A DNA stretch of 61,659 bases, counting the filler. It is 9 parts of 9 records of this genome, joined end to end, with 100 filler letters (N's around TTAATTAATTAA, not from the genome) between each part and the next. Parts side by side here need not be neighbours in the genome. Positions count along the whole stretch, not along the records: positions 39,974 to 45,354 come from SRR31147125_12177; positions 45,455 to 55,260 come from SRR31147125_12182; 7 more parts are not named here. One strand, written 5' to 3'. Positions 42,936 through 53,661 of this stretch are shown here, one piece after another. Position numbers and translations under genes: made by a program. Position 1 is the first letter of the stretch. Each line of letters opens with the position of its first letter. The notes under the pieces were generated by a model. The model saw only the letters and a list, made by a program, of their open reading frames with translations, made no database searches and was not told the origin of the DNA.

Positions 42936-43435
42936 TCAAAACGAGTTTTCGGAAAAATCAGTTTTAATCTTTCGGAAGATATTCCAGATATTGATCATAA
43001 ACTGGATAGCAAAAAAGCCGGCGCCAACGAGCATCGCAAACTTGGTTGGCCAAGTGCGTATCCTCGACAGACCCGGCAAATACTCTGCGCCTTCATACGC
43101 GCTCATAGCAAAAGGCCAGAACACCCAGGTCATGATGCCGATATAAACAATGCCGATCAATGCAGCGAGAAGATCAAAAATGAACTGCCATCTCTCGCTC
43201 ACCAGAGTAGAAATCAGCTCAACACGCAGATGATGATCATGAATTTCCGTATTGGTAAAAGGCAGAAAGACAAGGGCTGGTATCAAAACGGTGACGAGGG
43301 GGACAACCCCCATAATCGGGGAACTGAAAAAAGACGCCCCCCCACATCGATACAAATGATGACCATTACAAAAGCCAACATCCCCCCTGAGAAAATGGAT
43401 ATTGTGTCGTGCAACTTATTCCAGAGTCGCTTCAT
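42936..43435 (-). CDS. dctQ: TRAP transporter small permease; frameshift near 43340
   Basis: Start MKRLWNKLHDTIS at 43435, ICIDVGGR..FSSPI.G, HLRVEL, four TMs, between dctP and dctM. Confidence 0.8.
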
Positions 43436-43633
43436 TCCCACCCCCAATAAGCAACGGTCTCGGATACGGCTGCAGCGTTAAGGAGTGGTTCCAAATCTGC
43501 TGCTTTTTGAAACCACTCCTTCTATCTCTCTGCGCTGCGACCTGACGGTAAAGAAAACCTTCCTTTGAAACGGGGCTTTGCATTTGGGATAATGCTTCCG
43601 TCACCGAATCAAGGAAAAGTCAAACGCCCTGTT

Positions 43634-44692
43634 TCACTTGGTCGGATTCTTGACATTAAAAATGCCACAATAGGTATCCATGGCCTTTTCGGCCGCCATT
43701 CCCTTGGCCTTTTTCTCCTTGATCCACTCATGGGCGAATGCTTTGAATTCCGGAAGACTTTTTAATTTATTTACATCGGATTCCGGAAATTCAATAATCT
43801 CCATACCGGCTTTTCTGAACGTCTCCAATGACCGGCCCCGCTCTTTGGCCATATAGGCCGCCTTATCCATACTGGCCTGCCGTCCCATGTCCAGTAAGAT
43901 CTTTTGATCGAGCCAGGACAGCTTCTTGAAGGTTCCCAGATTCATCGTCCAGTAGGCGCATCCGGGTTGCAGGCTGATCTTGGTCAGATATTTGGTGATC
44001 TCGTGGATATTATATCGCTTGGCCGTATCGGGAGAGTAGCTCACCGCGTCGATGATCCCCTTTTCCAGTGCGCTGTACATCTCTCCCGCGCCAATAAAGG
44101 TAGGAGCCGCGCCGACGGCTTTGAAAACCACCTGGTGCGGCGCACTTATTGCGCGAATTTTTAATCCTTTGAGATCGGCAATGGTACGAATCGGCTTTTT
44201 TGAGAAAATCCAATACTCATCGTAGTATATTGCACTTATGGGAATCATATTGTTCTTCTTGGCTTCGTATGCATAAAACTCCGGCAGCTTCTCTAAAAAA
44301 AGATTCCACTTCAGCATGTATTCAACCGGATCTTTTTCCGGGTTCAGCAATGCAGCCGAATGGGCGGCACGCGCAAGTTCCAGAAAACCGGGGTGATATG
44401 CGGAAGTGACCCATCCCACGTCGGCCATCCCATCTTTTACCGATTCAGCCATCTCCTTGAAATTGGCCAAAGCGCCGCCCCAATAAACCTCTATTTTTAT
44501 TCGTCCGTTGGTCCTTTCCTGAATCTCTTTTGTCCACCAATCAAAATGCTCGGGTTCAAATCCCCTCTTAGGAGACGGATGCGCCCATCGAAGGACCATC
44601 GTATCATCTGCAAAAACCGGAGCCGCCGTGAAAACCACCCCAATTGCGTAAATAAAGGCACACACGATCATCAAACCATGTAACTTTTTCAT
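43634..44692 (-). CDS. dctP: TRAP transporter substrate-binding protein
   Basis: Signal peptide, RTNGRIKIEVYWGGAL, DLKGLKIR, EMYSALEKGIID. Confidence 0.92.
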   Translation of the reverse strand: MKKLHGLMIVCAFIYAIGVVFTAAPVFADDTMVLRWAHPSPKRGFEPEHFDWWTKEIQERTNGRIKIEVYWGGALANFKEMAESVKDGMADVGWVTSAYHPGFLELARAAHSAALLNPEKDPVEYMLKWNLFLEKLPEFYAYEAKKNNMIPISAIYYDEYWIFSKKPIRTIADLKGLKIRAISAPHQVVFKAVGAAPTFIGAGEMYSALEKGIIDAVSYSPDTAKRYNIHEITKYLTKISLQPGCAYWTMNLGTFKKLSWLDQKILLDMGRQASMDKAAYMAKERGRSLETFRKAGMEIIEFPESDVNKLKSLPEFKAFAHEWIKEKKAKGMAAEKAMDTYCGIFNVKNPTK

Positions 44693-44731
44693 TTAGAGCC
44701 TCCTTTGGTGTAGAAGTATTCGGACCATCCC

Positions 44732-45310
44732 TTACCGTATTAAAATCTGCATGGAACAGGCGCCGGCATCGATCCCTGTTACCGGCTTTTTAAACTGAGC
44801 TCTGGGGTTGAGACCGCCGTACCGGTGGTTTTTCACCGACACCATTGCTGTCTGCTCGGCTGTCGTACCGTACTTCTCCATATGGGCTCTGACCACCATG
44901 GCGTAGGAGGCCGGCATCACCTGGCCGTTCATTCCATTGTAATCCGAGGTGTTGGTAGGCAGAAACCCCTTGATGTCGGTCAACTTCTCTGCGCCCAGCA
45001 CAACCGCCACGTCGCAGGCACCGGAGGCGACCTCATTTCTGGCCAGGTAGACAGCACTCCCGCCACTGGCACACGCATTCTCCACATTGATGATCGTACC
45101 GCCCGTCAGTCCCAACCGGGAGAAGACACGTTGCCCCAGAGTGCCGCCCTGGCGCATATTGGCGCAGAAAATCGTGCCGATCATTTTCGGCGGCACCCCT
45201 GAAGATTTTATCGCCTCCCAGGCCGTCCGGCGTGCCGGCTCAACAATGTCAATTTCCGGAAAGAATCCGAAAGTGGACATCGCAGCAGCGATCACATAAA
45301 CTTTTTGCAT
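44732..45310 (-). pseudogene. thiolase (SCP2-type) N-terminal half only
   Basis: VENACASG, GAEKL, HMEKYGTT, VKNH..G.LNPRAQF, then an abrupt end with no C-terminal domain before the dctP RBS. Confidence 0.75.
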
Positions 45311-45354
45311 TGTTTTATTTTCTGCTTTTTTCAACTTCTTAGGGAGAGGGCGGT

Positions 45355-45454
45355 NNNNNNNNNNNNNNNNNNNNNNNNNNNNNNNNNNNNNNNNNNNNTT
45401 AATTAATTAANNNNNNNNNNNNNNNNNNNNNNNNNNNNNNNNNNNNNNNNNNNN
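45355..45454. other. artificial contig linker
   Basis: 44 N + TTAATTAATTAA + 44 N. Confidence 0.99.
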
Positions 45455-45843
45455 TTTTCGTAAGCCCAGGGGCGCACATACAGAGACAATCCGGCCACCA
45501 ATATGGCCAAAATTAGAGAGACGCGAAAGACAGTCCTGCGAATCCGCTTTTCCCCGATGCCGGCTGCTTGCATGGCAATCATTTCCGAATTGGCATGCAT
45601 GTGCCCCAGCGCCATTACAACCGATAAATAAAGAGTAATGGGCAGAAGAACTTCCAGAGCAATCAAGACCTTGAGCAGGATGAGGATCGTTGCCGTCTTT
45701 CCCGTCAACAACCCATTGGCCGCATCATCCAGAAATCTGGTAGCGGAATAGCCGGCAAATATGACAACCAGAAGTGAACAGGTGCCAGCCAAAGGTTTCA
45801 ATATTTCGCGTCTGAGGTAGCGGTCAATAAGCAAGGTTTTCAA
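45455..45843 (-). CDS. lptF: LptF/LptG-family permease, N-terminal part
   Basis: IDRYLRREI, LLPITLYLSV..ALG, SEM.AM.AAGIG, VRPWA. Confidence 0.88.
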
Positions 45844-46102
45844 TTCCCGAGGGTTTTTTGTTTCCCAAACAAGAAGGTCTGTTCACACCAGAGAACAACC
45901 ATAATAGCTTGAAAAAAGACTTAAACCATTTACCCCTGGCCAAAGACCGCTGGCGATGAAGGGTTGCAAGAAGCCGGCAAGTGGCCACGAAATTTGTTAA
46001 ATGACGGCTATTTAGTCTTCCCACCTTTTTCGTAAAAGCGCAAGGAAGTGGAATAAAGATAACGCAGAAAAATATTTGGCATCAAACGCCCAGGTAATGG
46101 CT

Positions 46103-46294
46103 TCATGCTCTTTGAGCGACCGTCCCGGCCATTTTCAGCCGGCACTGACCGGCACATTTTTCAATATGTAGCAACAAAATGATTTTGACCGGATTTTTCT
46201 CCGATCCCATCATTGGAACAGGCAGGCATTTATCCAGACCGGGAAACAGACTTTGTTGAACTGTTCCCATTAACCATGATAATCTTGCCTTCAC
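46103..46294 (-). mobile_element. probable IS transposase N-terminal remnant
   Basis: RLSWLMG.VQQSLFP.L..CL..P....EK..V.I..L..IEK recalls N-termini of IS5/IS1182-like transposases; from memory only. Confidence 0.4.
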
Positions 46295-46600
46295 ATCTTC
46301 TCGTGTATTAATTTGGCGTCGTAACCTTATAATATCAGATGGTTGTTCTTGCGACGCAACTTTTGTACGGCATCTCTATTTACATTCAAAAAAATTGCAT
46401 GTAGTTTTCAGGTGCTTCGCTTGGTCTAATTTAAACTTGGTCTGGCGGCCGTTTTTATAAAACTTCAACTTGCGTGACGGAAGATTGCTTGTAAAGTTGT
46501 TCGGGGCAGAATCATACCATGCAGAATCCTGCCCCCGCAAGACCGGGACGAAGAACGTGAAGAGGTATTCAAAAGCATCGATAAGAAAGGGACTAGACCT

Positions 46601-47325
46601 ATGAAAGCAATTATTTTAAGTGCAGGCCAGGGAAGTCGTCTTTTGCCACTGACCGCCGACACCCCAAAGTGCGCCGTGCACATCCATGGAAAATCGATGA
46701 TTGAATGGCAGATAAACGAACTATTCAAGGCTGGCATCAATGAAATCCTGGTCGTTCTCGGCTTCAGGGCTGAACGGGTGGAGCAACTCCTAGCCGATTC
46801 CTACGGTTCCGGGTCGGTTCGCACCCTCTTCAATCCTTTCTTTAAGGTGGCGGACAATCTGGGGTCCTGCTGGGTGGCCCGGGGTGAAATGAATGAAGAC
46901 TTTCTGTTGTTGAATGGTGATACCCTGTTTGATTCCGCAATACTGAAGCGCCTGGTCGAATCGCCGGCCCAACCGGTAACAGTGACCGTCGACCGCAAGC
47001 CCGCCTATGATGCCGACGATATGAAAGTCGTGCTTGATGGTGACCGGCTCGTCAGAATAGGCAAAGACCTGCCGCTTGATCAGGTTGATGCTGAGTCCAT
47101 TGGCATGCTCCTTTTTCGCCAGACGGCTCAGTCCAGTTTCGCAACAACATGGAAAAGGTTCTGCGCACGCCTGAGGGAACCAAACGCTGGTATCTTTCGG
47201 TCATTGATGAAATGGCCCAGTCAATGCCTATAGGGACCTGCTGTATCGAAGGCCTGCCTTGGGCCGAGGTCGATTTTCCCGAGGATCTGAAACATGCGGA
47301 GAACGTCGTCAAGGGGATTACCTAA
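46601..47325 (+). CDS. phosphocholine-cytidylyltransferase (LicC)-like NTP transferase; frameshift near 47125
   Basis: AIILSAGQGSRL, PKC, NPFF...DNLGS, LNGDTLF, YDADDMKV, ESIG; second frame WYLSVI...WAEVDFPEDL to TAA 47325. Confidence 0.82.
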
Positions 47326-47443
47326 AGTAGCACATAGGTGGCAGGAAACTCGTCTGGAGTTATTGCCAGGAAGAAATTGCGGTGAGGGAAGCCTCATCGA
47401 TACAGTGCCCAAGACGAAGAAGGGTTGAAGACTTTGGATATTT

Positions 47444-48247
47444 TTAGCCCTTGCGGCCGGCAAGAATGGATTCCACCAATCTCCAATCCGCCACCTTGTC
47501 CACATCAACCGCAGCTTCCGCAAAGGGCATCATTACGGCTCCCGCCTTCAGATTCATCCTTTGTGACAACCTTCGCAAGGCCTCCGGCAGCGACAGTTGC
47601 CCGACCAGATAACGCAGCACAGTCAACCAGCCGATGGCCGCGATCAATCGATGAGGCTTTTTACGCTGATTTTCAACCTGTTGCCAGAATTCAGCAGCTA
47701 CCCGGGCCCGGGGAGTCAGAAAAGCAAACAGGTTGCAGCCGCAATAGCCGCCGTCCTTCAGTTTGGTGACAGTCCTGCGGGTTTCGGGGAAGGCCGCCGC
47801 CACCCGCTCATGACGGGCCAGGCCTACCAGAACATCACAGCCACTGGCACGTGCCTCACGGCAGAAATGGTCGACCATAGCGGCACTCAGCAGAGCATGG
47901 TCGGCAGTGGTCACCAGAACCGGCACCTCGGGCGGTAATGATTGTAGTACCCCGTAGGTGCTGGCACTAGGCGTGGCCAGAGGCTCAACCCAGTTAACCT
48001 CTTTACCTGTGATGAGGTGGCTGAGTGCCGGGTCCTGTTGGGCGGCAACTTTCCGTGGACCACACAAAATGCGGGTGCCCACCTCTTGGGACTCACCAAG
48101 AGCATCAAGCACGCGCAAAACCATCGCCCGGCCACCGACCGGGGTCAGGGCTTTGCAGCTGACACCGGCCGCCTGCGCCACGGGATCGTCGGGACCGCGA
48201 TCCCCGGCCAGAATTACAACCGTAAAAGGAACGTCAACTTGGCTCAT
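47444..48247 (-). CDS. MobA-like nucleotidyltransferase-family protein
   Basis: VILAGDR, KAL..VGG..M, VTTADHALL, GCNLF, DVDKVAD. Confidence 0.82.
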   Translation of the reverse strand: MSQVDVPFTVVILAGDRGPDDPVAQAAGVSCKALTPVGGRAMVLRVLDALGESQEVGTRILCGPRKVAAQQDPALSHLITGKEVNWVEPLATPSASTYGVLQSLPPEVPVLVTTADHALLSAAMVDHFCREARASGCDVLVGLARHERVAAAFPETRRTVTKLKDGGYCGCNLFAFLTPRARVAAEFWQQVENQRKKPHRLIAAIGWLTVLRYLVGQLSLPEALRRLSQRMNLKAGAVMMPFAEAAVDVDKVADWRLVESILAGRKG

Positions 48248-49425
48248 TTGACCCTTAAATCTTTCTGGTAGATTCGATACCGCTTGTAGGGCACCCCTCC
48301 AAGCGATTCGATAATGTTACACATCCCCTTATTGTCTTCAAGAATCCAGGACAACTCCGCTTCTTTGATCCCACGTTTTAGGGACGGTGGTTTCAGGTCG
48401 GTTATCACCATCAGGGCCAGAGTGGCGCCAAGTTTGCTCCCCTGGTAGCAGCGACGTACTCCCATCAGCGGAACCCGGCACGACTTGGTGCCGACAACCT
48501 TCAAGCGCCATAACAGTTTCAGCCAACCCAGAGGGAACAACCGCCCATTTAAATCGCGAATGGCTTCATTGAGATTGGGGAAAACCACCATCATAGCCGC
48601 TGGTCTACCGTCAACCTCAGCGATTCTGACAAGCTCCGGCGACACCAGCAGTTTGAGATTTTTCCCCAACGCATCGAATTCCGCTTTGGTAAAGGGGAGA
48701 AACCCCCAGTTCTGCGACCAGGCATCCTCAAAGATGTCTCGTATGATCTCAAGGTCCTCCTTGAACTGGGAGCGGCGCAACGGCCGCAGTGTTACCCGAT
48801 CGGCAACCCTGGCAACAAGAGAGTCATAATAGCGCGGAAGCATGAAATCAGCTTCATTGTGAAAAGCCAGCAGGTCCTGAACCTTGGCATAGCCCTGTTC
48901 CTCAACCCGGCCACCATAATAGGGTAAACTGTGCCCCATCATGACGACAGGTGGCGTCTCGTAGCCCTCAACCAGAAGCCCGCATTCCTCATTAATGGAG
49001 AGGTTAAAAGGGCCACGAATCCGCCGCATACCGCGATGAAGCAGCCATTCCTCGGCTGTTTTGAACAGGCTGTGAAAGGTTTCAGCATCATCTTCCGCCT
49101 CCAGCATTCCAAAGAACCCTGTAGCGTCGTGATATCGCTGCAAATGAAGCTGATCCACCTGGGCGCTGATGCGGCCAACCGGTCGATCGCCGCGATAAGC
49201 AATCCAGGCTTGAAACTCTGCATGGGCGAAATAAGGATTGCGCGCTGAAAGATGCTGCTGCCGCTCCAAGAGTAACGGTGGAATCCAGGCTGGGTCTTCA
49301 GCATAAAGCGACCATGGCAGGCGGATGAAACAACGACGCGACCAGTATCCGGTTACCGGAACAATCCGTAGCAACTTTTCACCTTGGTGGTCTGAACTCA
49401 CTGCTTTTTGACCTAAATGAGTCAT
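48244..49425 (-). CDS. GNAT-type N-acyltransferase, probable bacterial ceramide synthase (bCerS-like)
   Basis: FIRLPW.LY..DP.WIPPL, GRISA, GFFG, RGPFNLSINEECGLLVEG, WSQNWGF.P, ELSWILEDN; located in an spt cluster. Confidence 0.78.
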   Translation of the reverse strand: MTHLGQKAVSSDHQGEKLLRIVPVTGYWSRRCFIRLPWSLYAEDPAWIPPLLLERQQHLSARNPYFAHAEFQAWIAYRGDRPVGRISAQVDQLHLQRYHDATGFFGMLEAEDDAETFHSLFKTAEEWLLHRGMRRIRGPFNLSINEECGLLVEGYETPPVVMMGHSLPYYGGRVEEQGYAKVQDLLAFHNEADFMLPRYYDSLVARVADRVTLRPLRRSQFKEDLEIIRDIFEDAWSQNWGFLPFTKAEFDALGKNLKLLVSPELVRIAEVDGRPAAMMVVFPNLNEAIRDLNGRLFPLGWLKLLWRLKVVGTKSCRVPLMGVRRCYQGSKLGATLALMVITDLKPPSLKRGIKEAELSWILEDNKGMCNIIESLGGVPYKRYRIYQKDLRVK

Positions 49426-49815
49426 TTTCGCTATCAGATTCGCCAAATTAAAATATGTTACCAGTTCCAAGCGCAGAGCAGAATTACCAACTTGTAATTT
49501 TACGGTCATTTTGCCGCAATGTTGATCGATTAAAAATATATCTGTGTAGACAGTTTGTAACTCTGGGGCTAACGTATATTACATTTATAGTAGTGAGACA
49601 ACCATAAAGAAACCTGGAAGATTTTCCAGCTTTACCACGGCAAGCGGTGCTTGATTTTGGCTGGCATGACTGTTCAAGTGATCTAGGTGGCAACTCCATG
49701 CAGGTTATGTACATCTCCCTGGTTCTGTATTTACAAGAGAATTGCAAAATGATTTGTTATAAATTAAGATGCTGTCGGCTGATATTGCATCCTAACAAAG
49801 GGGTACTTAGACAAA

Positions 49816-50259
49816 ATGAATGCGACGATGCGAAAATTCGACTATCCGGAATCTCTGGTCCGTGAATTTGAGAAATGGGTTGTCGTGTTGCGACCCAAAC
49901 AAGTGACCCTTGGAGCCCTGGTTCTCATCTGCAAAGACGAGGCTGATTCGATTTCCAAGATAAGTCCTCATGCTTTTACCGAATTAAAGGAAATTACAAC
50001 CCAATTGGAAGCAACCCTGGCTGACTGCTTTGCTTATGACAAGATTAACTACCTCATGCTGATGATGGTCGATCCCGACGTACATTTTCATGTCGTGCCC
50101 CGTTATGCCGAGAACCGGACCTTTGCCGGAAAAAATTTTCACGATCAAGCCTTTCCTGGGCCACCCGATCTAACCAGCGCGGTTGAAACCGGGAAGGACG
50201 TTAATCTTGTCATCAGAGAACGGATTCAGAATTCATGGATCGCGAACAACATTTCGTGA
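49816..50259 (+). CDS. HIT-family nucleotide hydrolase
   Basis: LRPKQVTLG, KINYLMLMMVDPDVHFHVVPRY. Confidence 0.85.
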   Translation: MNATMRKFDYPESLVREFEKWVVVLRPKQVTLGALVLICKDEADSISKISPHAFTELKEITTQLEATLADCFAYDKINYLMLMMVDPDVHFHVVPRYAENRTFAGKNFHDQAFPGPPDLTSAVETGKDVNLVIRERIQNSWIANNIS

Positions 50260-50407
50260 AAATAAGAAAAATTTACATTAGTTTCAATATGTTGTCATCA
50301 GATCATGATGGAATGGCCTATTATTTGCTCACTACAATTTATTAACTTCAGGTTCTAACTTTCTCTGTATTTTTAACGTCCTGTTTTATTGAGATAAATT
50401 CTTCTTT

Positions 50408-50451
50408 GAATGTTAAGAACTCGTTATGCGAATGTTAAGAACTCGTTGTGC
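50408..50451 (+). repeat. 22-bp tandem direct repeat (2 copies, 1 mismatch)
   Basis: gaatgttaagaactcgttatgc / gaatgttaagaactcgttgtgc. Confidence 0.9.
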
Positions 50452-50630
50452 GTGTGTATGAAATCAGCAACACTGTGGTAAAGTTTCCACATTTTTGTCG
50501 GGACTGAGGCCGAAATAATTGCTGTATAACCAATAAAATGGCTTCTTGATAAATTTTCCCCTCAGTTTTTTATGGCGTTTCTCGCGCCTGACAATCGACA
50601 TATAAATATAAAATTTTTTCGATTTTATAT

Positions 50631-52506
50631 GTGTATGGTCGAAAAGGTTTTTGTGTGAATCATCTTCAAGCTACTCCAACTGAAAGTCAGAATCCACTGC
50701 GACCAGGCAATTTCCCTAATTTGGCGGACGCCCTTGATTATGCCGCTGAAGGAAAAAGCGGATTCAACTTCTACACCGGCCGGGGACAACTCCGGACGGT
50801 TCTTTCTTATGCCGAATTGCGAAAACAAGCGCAGTTACTGGCTCTGCGGCTTCTCAGCTTAAAATTGGAACGAGGCGCCCGGGTGGCCCTCATTGCTGAA
50901 ACGCGGCCGGAGTTTCCACGTTTTTTCTTCGCCTGCCAGTACGCAGGTCTCACGCCGGTTCCCCTATCCGCCTCGCTCCACTTAGGTGGACGCCAAGCTT
51001 ACGTAACCCAATTAAGGGGCCTGCTGGCAGACAGTAAGGCCACTGTAGCCATGGCTACGGCCGAACTGCTTCCTTGCTTGCTGGAAGCCGCGGAAGGACT
51101 AGGACTGGAGTTTGTCGGTAGCCCTGAGATGTTCGATTCACTGCCCGAACAAGATCAGCAGCTGAATCCGCTCCAATCCCACGAAACCGCTTATATTCAG
51201 TACACATCAGGAAGCACCCGCTTCCCTCGCGGAATCATGGTTGCCGGGAGCGCGGTCATGAGCAACCTTGCCGGCATTATCAGCCATGGCTTGAAGGTTC
51301 AACCAGGCGACCGCTGCTTTTCCTGGCTTCCTTTTACCATGATATGGGCTTGGTCGGCTTTGTGCTGGCCCCCATGGCTTCGCAACTGTCCGTCGATTAT
51401 CTCGCCACTCACGATTTCGCCATGCGCCCCCTGCAATGGCTTGCCATGATGACCACAAGCCGGGCTACCATTTCTTTCGGCCCCCCTTTGGTTATGACTT
51501 ATGTTCTCGCCGTCTCCGCCCAGAGGATGCAGGTAAGTTTGATCTCAGTGCATGGCGCATTGCAGGCGTTGGAGCCGAAATGATTCACGCCGAAACCCTT
51601 GAGCGTTTTGCTGAACTTCTTGCTCCCAGCGGCTTTGATTCCCGCGCCTACCTTCCCAGTTACGGTATGGCCGAATGCTCCCTGGCGATCAGCTTCGCCC
51701 AACTTGCTATCGGAATTGTTGTCGACCGGGTGGACGCGGACCACATGGCGGATCACCATCAAGCACGGACAGTCGACCTCCCGGCGGCGTGTGAGGATAT
51801 AAGGATTAAACATCTGATCAATTGCGGGGCTCCTTTGCCCGGGCATGAAATTGAGGTGCGAGATGATCAGGGGCAGGTTTTAGCCGACCGCAGTTGCGGT
51901 ACTGTTTTTGTGCGAGGCCCCAGCATCATGAGCGGCTATTTCGGCAATCCTGAAGTGACCGCCGAGGTTCTTGCCGATGACGGCTGGTTGAATACCGGTG
52001 ACATTGGTTATCTCGACCAGGGTACCCTGGTGATTGCCGGCCGGGAAAAAGACCTGATCATTATTAATGGCCGCAATATCTGGCCGCAGGATCTGGAATA
52101 TCTTGCCGAGCAGCAACCCGAAATTAGAACCGGAGACGCCTGTGCTATCTCTGTGGCGGGCGAAAACGGCGACGAAAAAGCGATCATGGTGGTCCAATGC
52201 AGGATATTTGGAAAATCCGAGCGAAAAGAACTGGTCTCCCGACTATCGAAACTGATTCGCGAGGAAATTGGTATTGACTGTTTTATCGAACTGGTTTCTA
52301 CGCGCACTCTTCCCCGCACATCTTCTGGAAAGCTGTCCCGCGCCGGAACACGCCGCGATTTCCTGGCACGCCAAAAAGAGAAATGTTTAAACCAAGACAA
52401 ATCGTCCGATACGCCCCTGAAAACGGAAGCTTTTTGTGACTACAATAGCACTTACGGGGGGAACCGGCTTTATCGGCAGTGCACTGATTCAGCGTCTGTC
52501 AAATGA
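50631..52506 (+). CDS. fatty acyl-AMP ligase / acyl-ACP synthetase; frameshifts near 51335 and 51480 (true end may be near 52440)
   Basis: YIQYTSGSTRFPRG, SWLPF(Y)HDMGLVG, PSYGMAE, WLNTGDIG, GREKDLIIINGRN, LPRTSSGKL across three ORF fragments. Confidence 0.88.
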
Positions 52507-53367
52507 CGGTTTTCTGATCAAAGCATTGTATCGGCCTTCCTCCGTATCCGGCAGACCAGCGGTGGCTAGTTCAGTTCAATGGCTGGCCGGCGACCTGGGG
52601 GATTTGGATAGTCTGCGCTGCCTTGTTAAAGGTGCGGATGCGGTCGTCCACTGCGCAGGAGCCGTACGCGGAATAACCGCCGAACAGTTTGCCAGTATCA
52701 ATGTGGATGGTGTAGCGCGCATTGTCCAGGCGGCCAAAGAACACAAGGTCCCGCGTTTTCTTTTGATCTCATCTTTAGCTGCCCGGGAACATTCTCTCTC
52801 ACCATACGCAACAAGTAAAAAACTAGGGAGGAAATATTAGCCGCCCAAGCCGGGGACATGGCCTGGGACATTCTGCGTCCCCCGGCTGTCTACGGCCCCG
52901 GCGATAAAGAACTGTTACCTCTTTTTCGCCTGATGCGCCGTGGTATCATCCCCATCGTCGGCAATAAAGAGGGAAGATTTTCTCTTCTTTATGTCGATGA
53001 TCTTGCTGAAGCGATATGTCACTGGCTGCAGTCGGACGCTTCCAGCAAGGGCCGGAACTTTGAGCTGCACGACGGGCATCCCGGCGGCTATTCCTGGGAA
53101 CAGATCGCAGCTCTCAATTTTCGTCTCAACGGTATTACAACACGCTGCTTCACCGTTCCACGAAGGTTGTTAGAGCTGGCAGCTTTCATAAATATTTTTC
53201 TGGCCCGGTTGGGCCGATACCGGCCGATGCTGACCCCCGGCAAGGTTCGGGAACTGTTTCATCCCAACTGGGTTTGCGACAATGCCGCCCTGACCCGGGA
53301 GACAGGCTGGCAGCCAAAAGTCTTATTTGAGGAAGGCCTTGAAAGACAGCTCAGCGCTGCGGGCTGA
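52436..53367 (+). CDS. NAD-dependent epimerase/dehydratase-family reductase, probable ceramide reductase (CerR-like); frameshift near 52828
   Basis: ALTGGTGFIG, VVHCAG, SSLAARE..LS.YA.SK, RPPAVYGPGD, LTPGKVREL.HPNW; between ligase and ACP. Confidence 0.78.
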
Positions 53368-53388
53368 GCTATTTCATGGAAGGGAAAA

Positions 53389-53661
53389 ATGACCGTGACA
53401 AACAGCGAATATTATGAAATATTTGCGCAAATAAAGACTCTTCTTGTGCGCTACTCCGAGCCTGGGGTTTCGATTGGCGAAGAGACCGAACTGGTCAATG
53501 ATCTCGGACTTGACTCGCTTAAAGCCATGGAAATGCTTTTTGAGGTGGAAGATCTTTTTGATATTTCGTATTCAATCAACAACCTCTCGGAAGTTCGTAC
53601 AGTTAAGGATTTAGTTTTACAGATTCAAGAAACTATCGAGAAAAATGACTGGGATTTTTAA
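53389..53661 (+). CDS. acyl carrier protein dedicated to the sphingolipid cluster
   Basis: DLGLDSL phosphopantetheine motif, VEDLFDI, TVKDLV. Confidence 0.9.
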   Translation: MTVTNSEYYEIFAQIKTLLVRYSEPGVSIGEETELVNDLGLDSLKAMEMLFEVEDLFDISYSINNLSEVRTVKDLVLQIQETIEKNDWDF

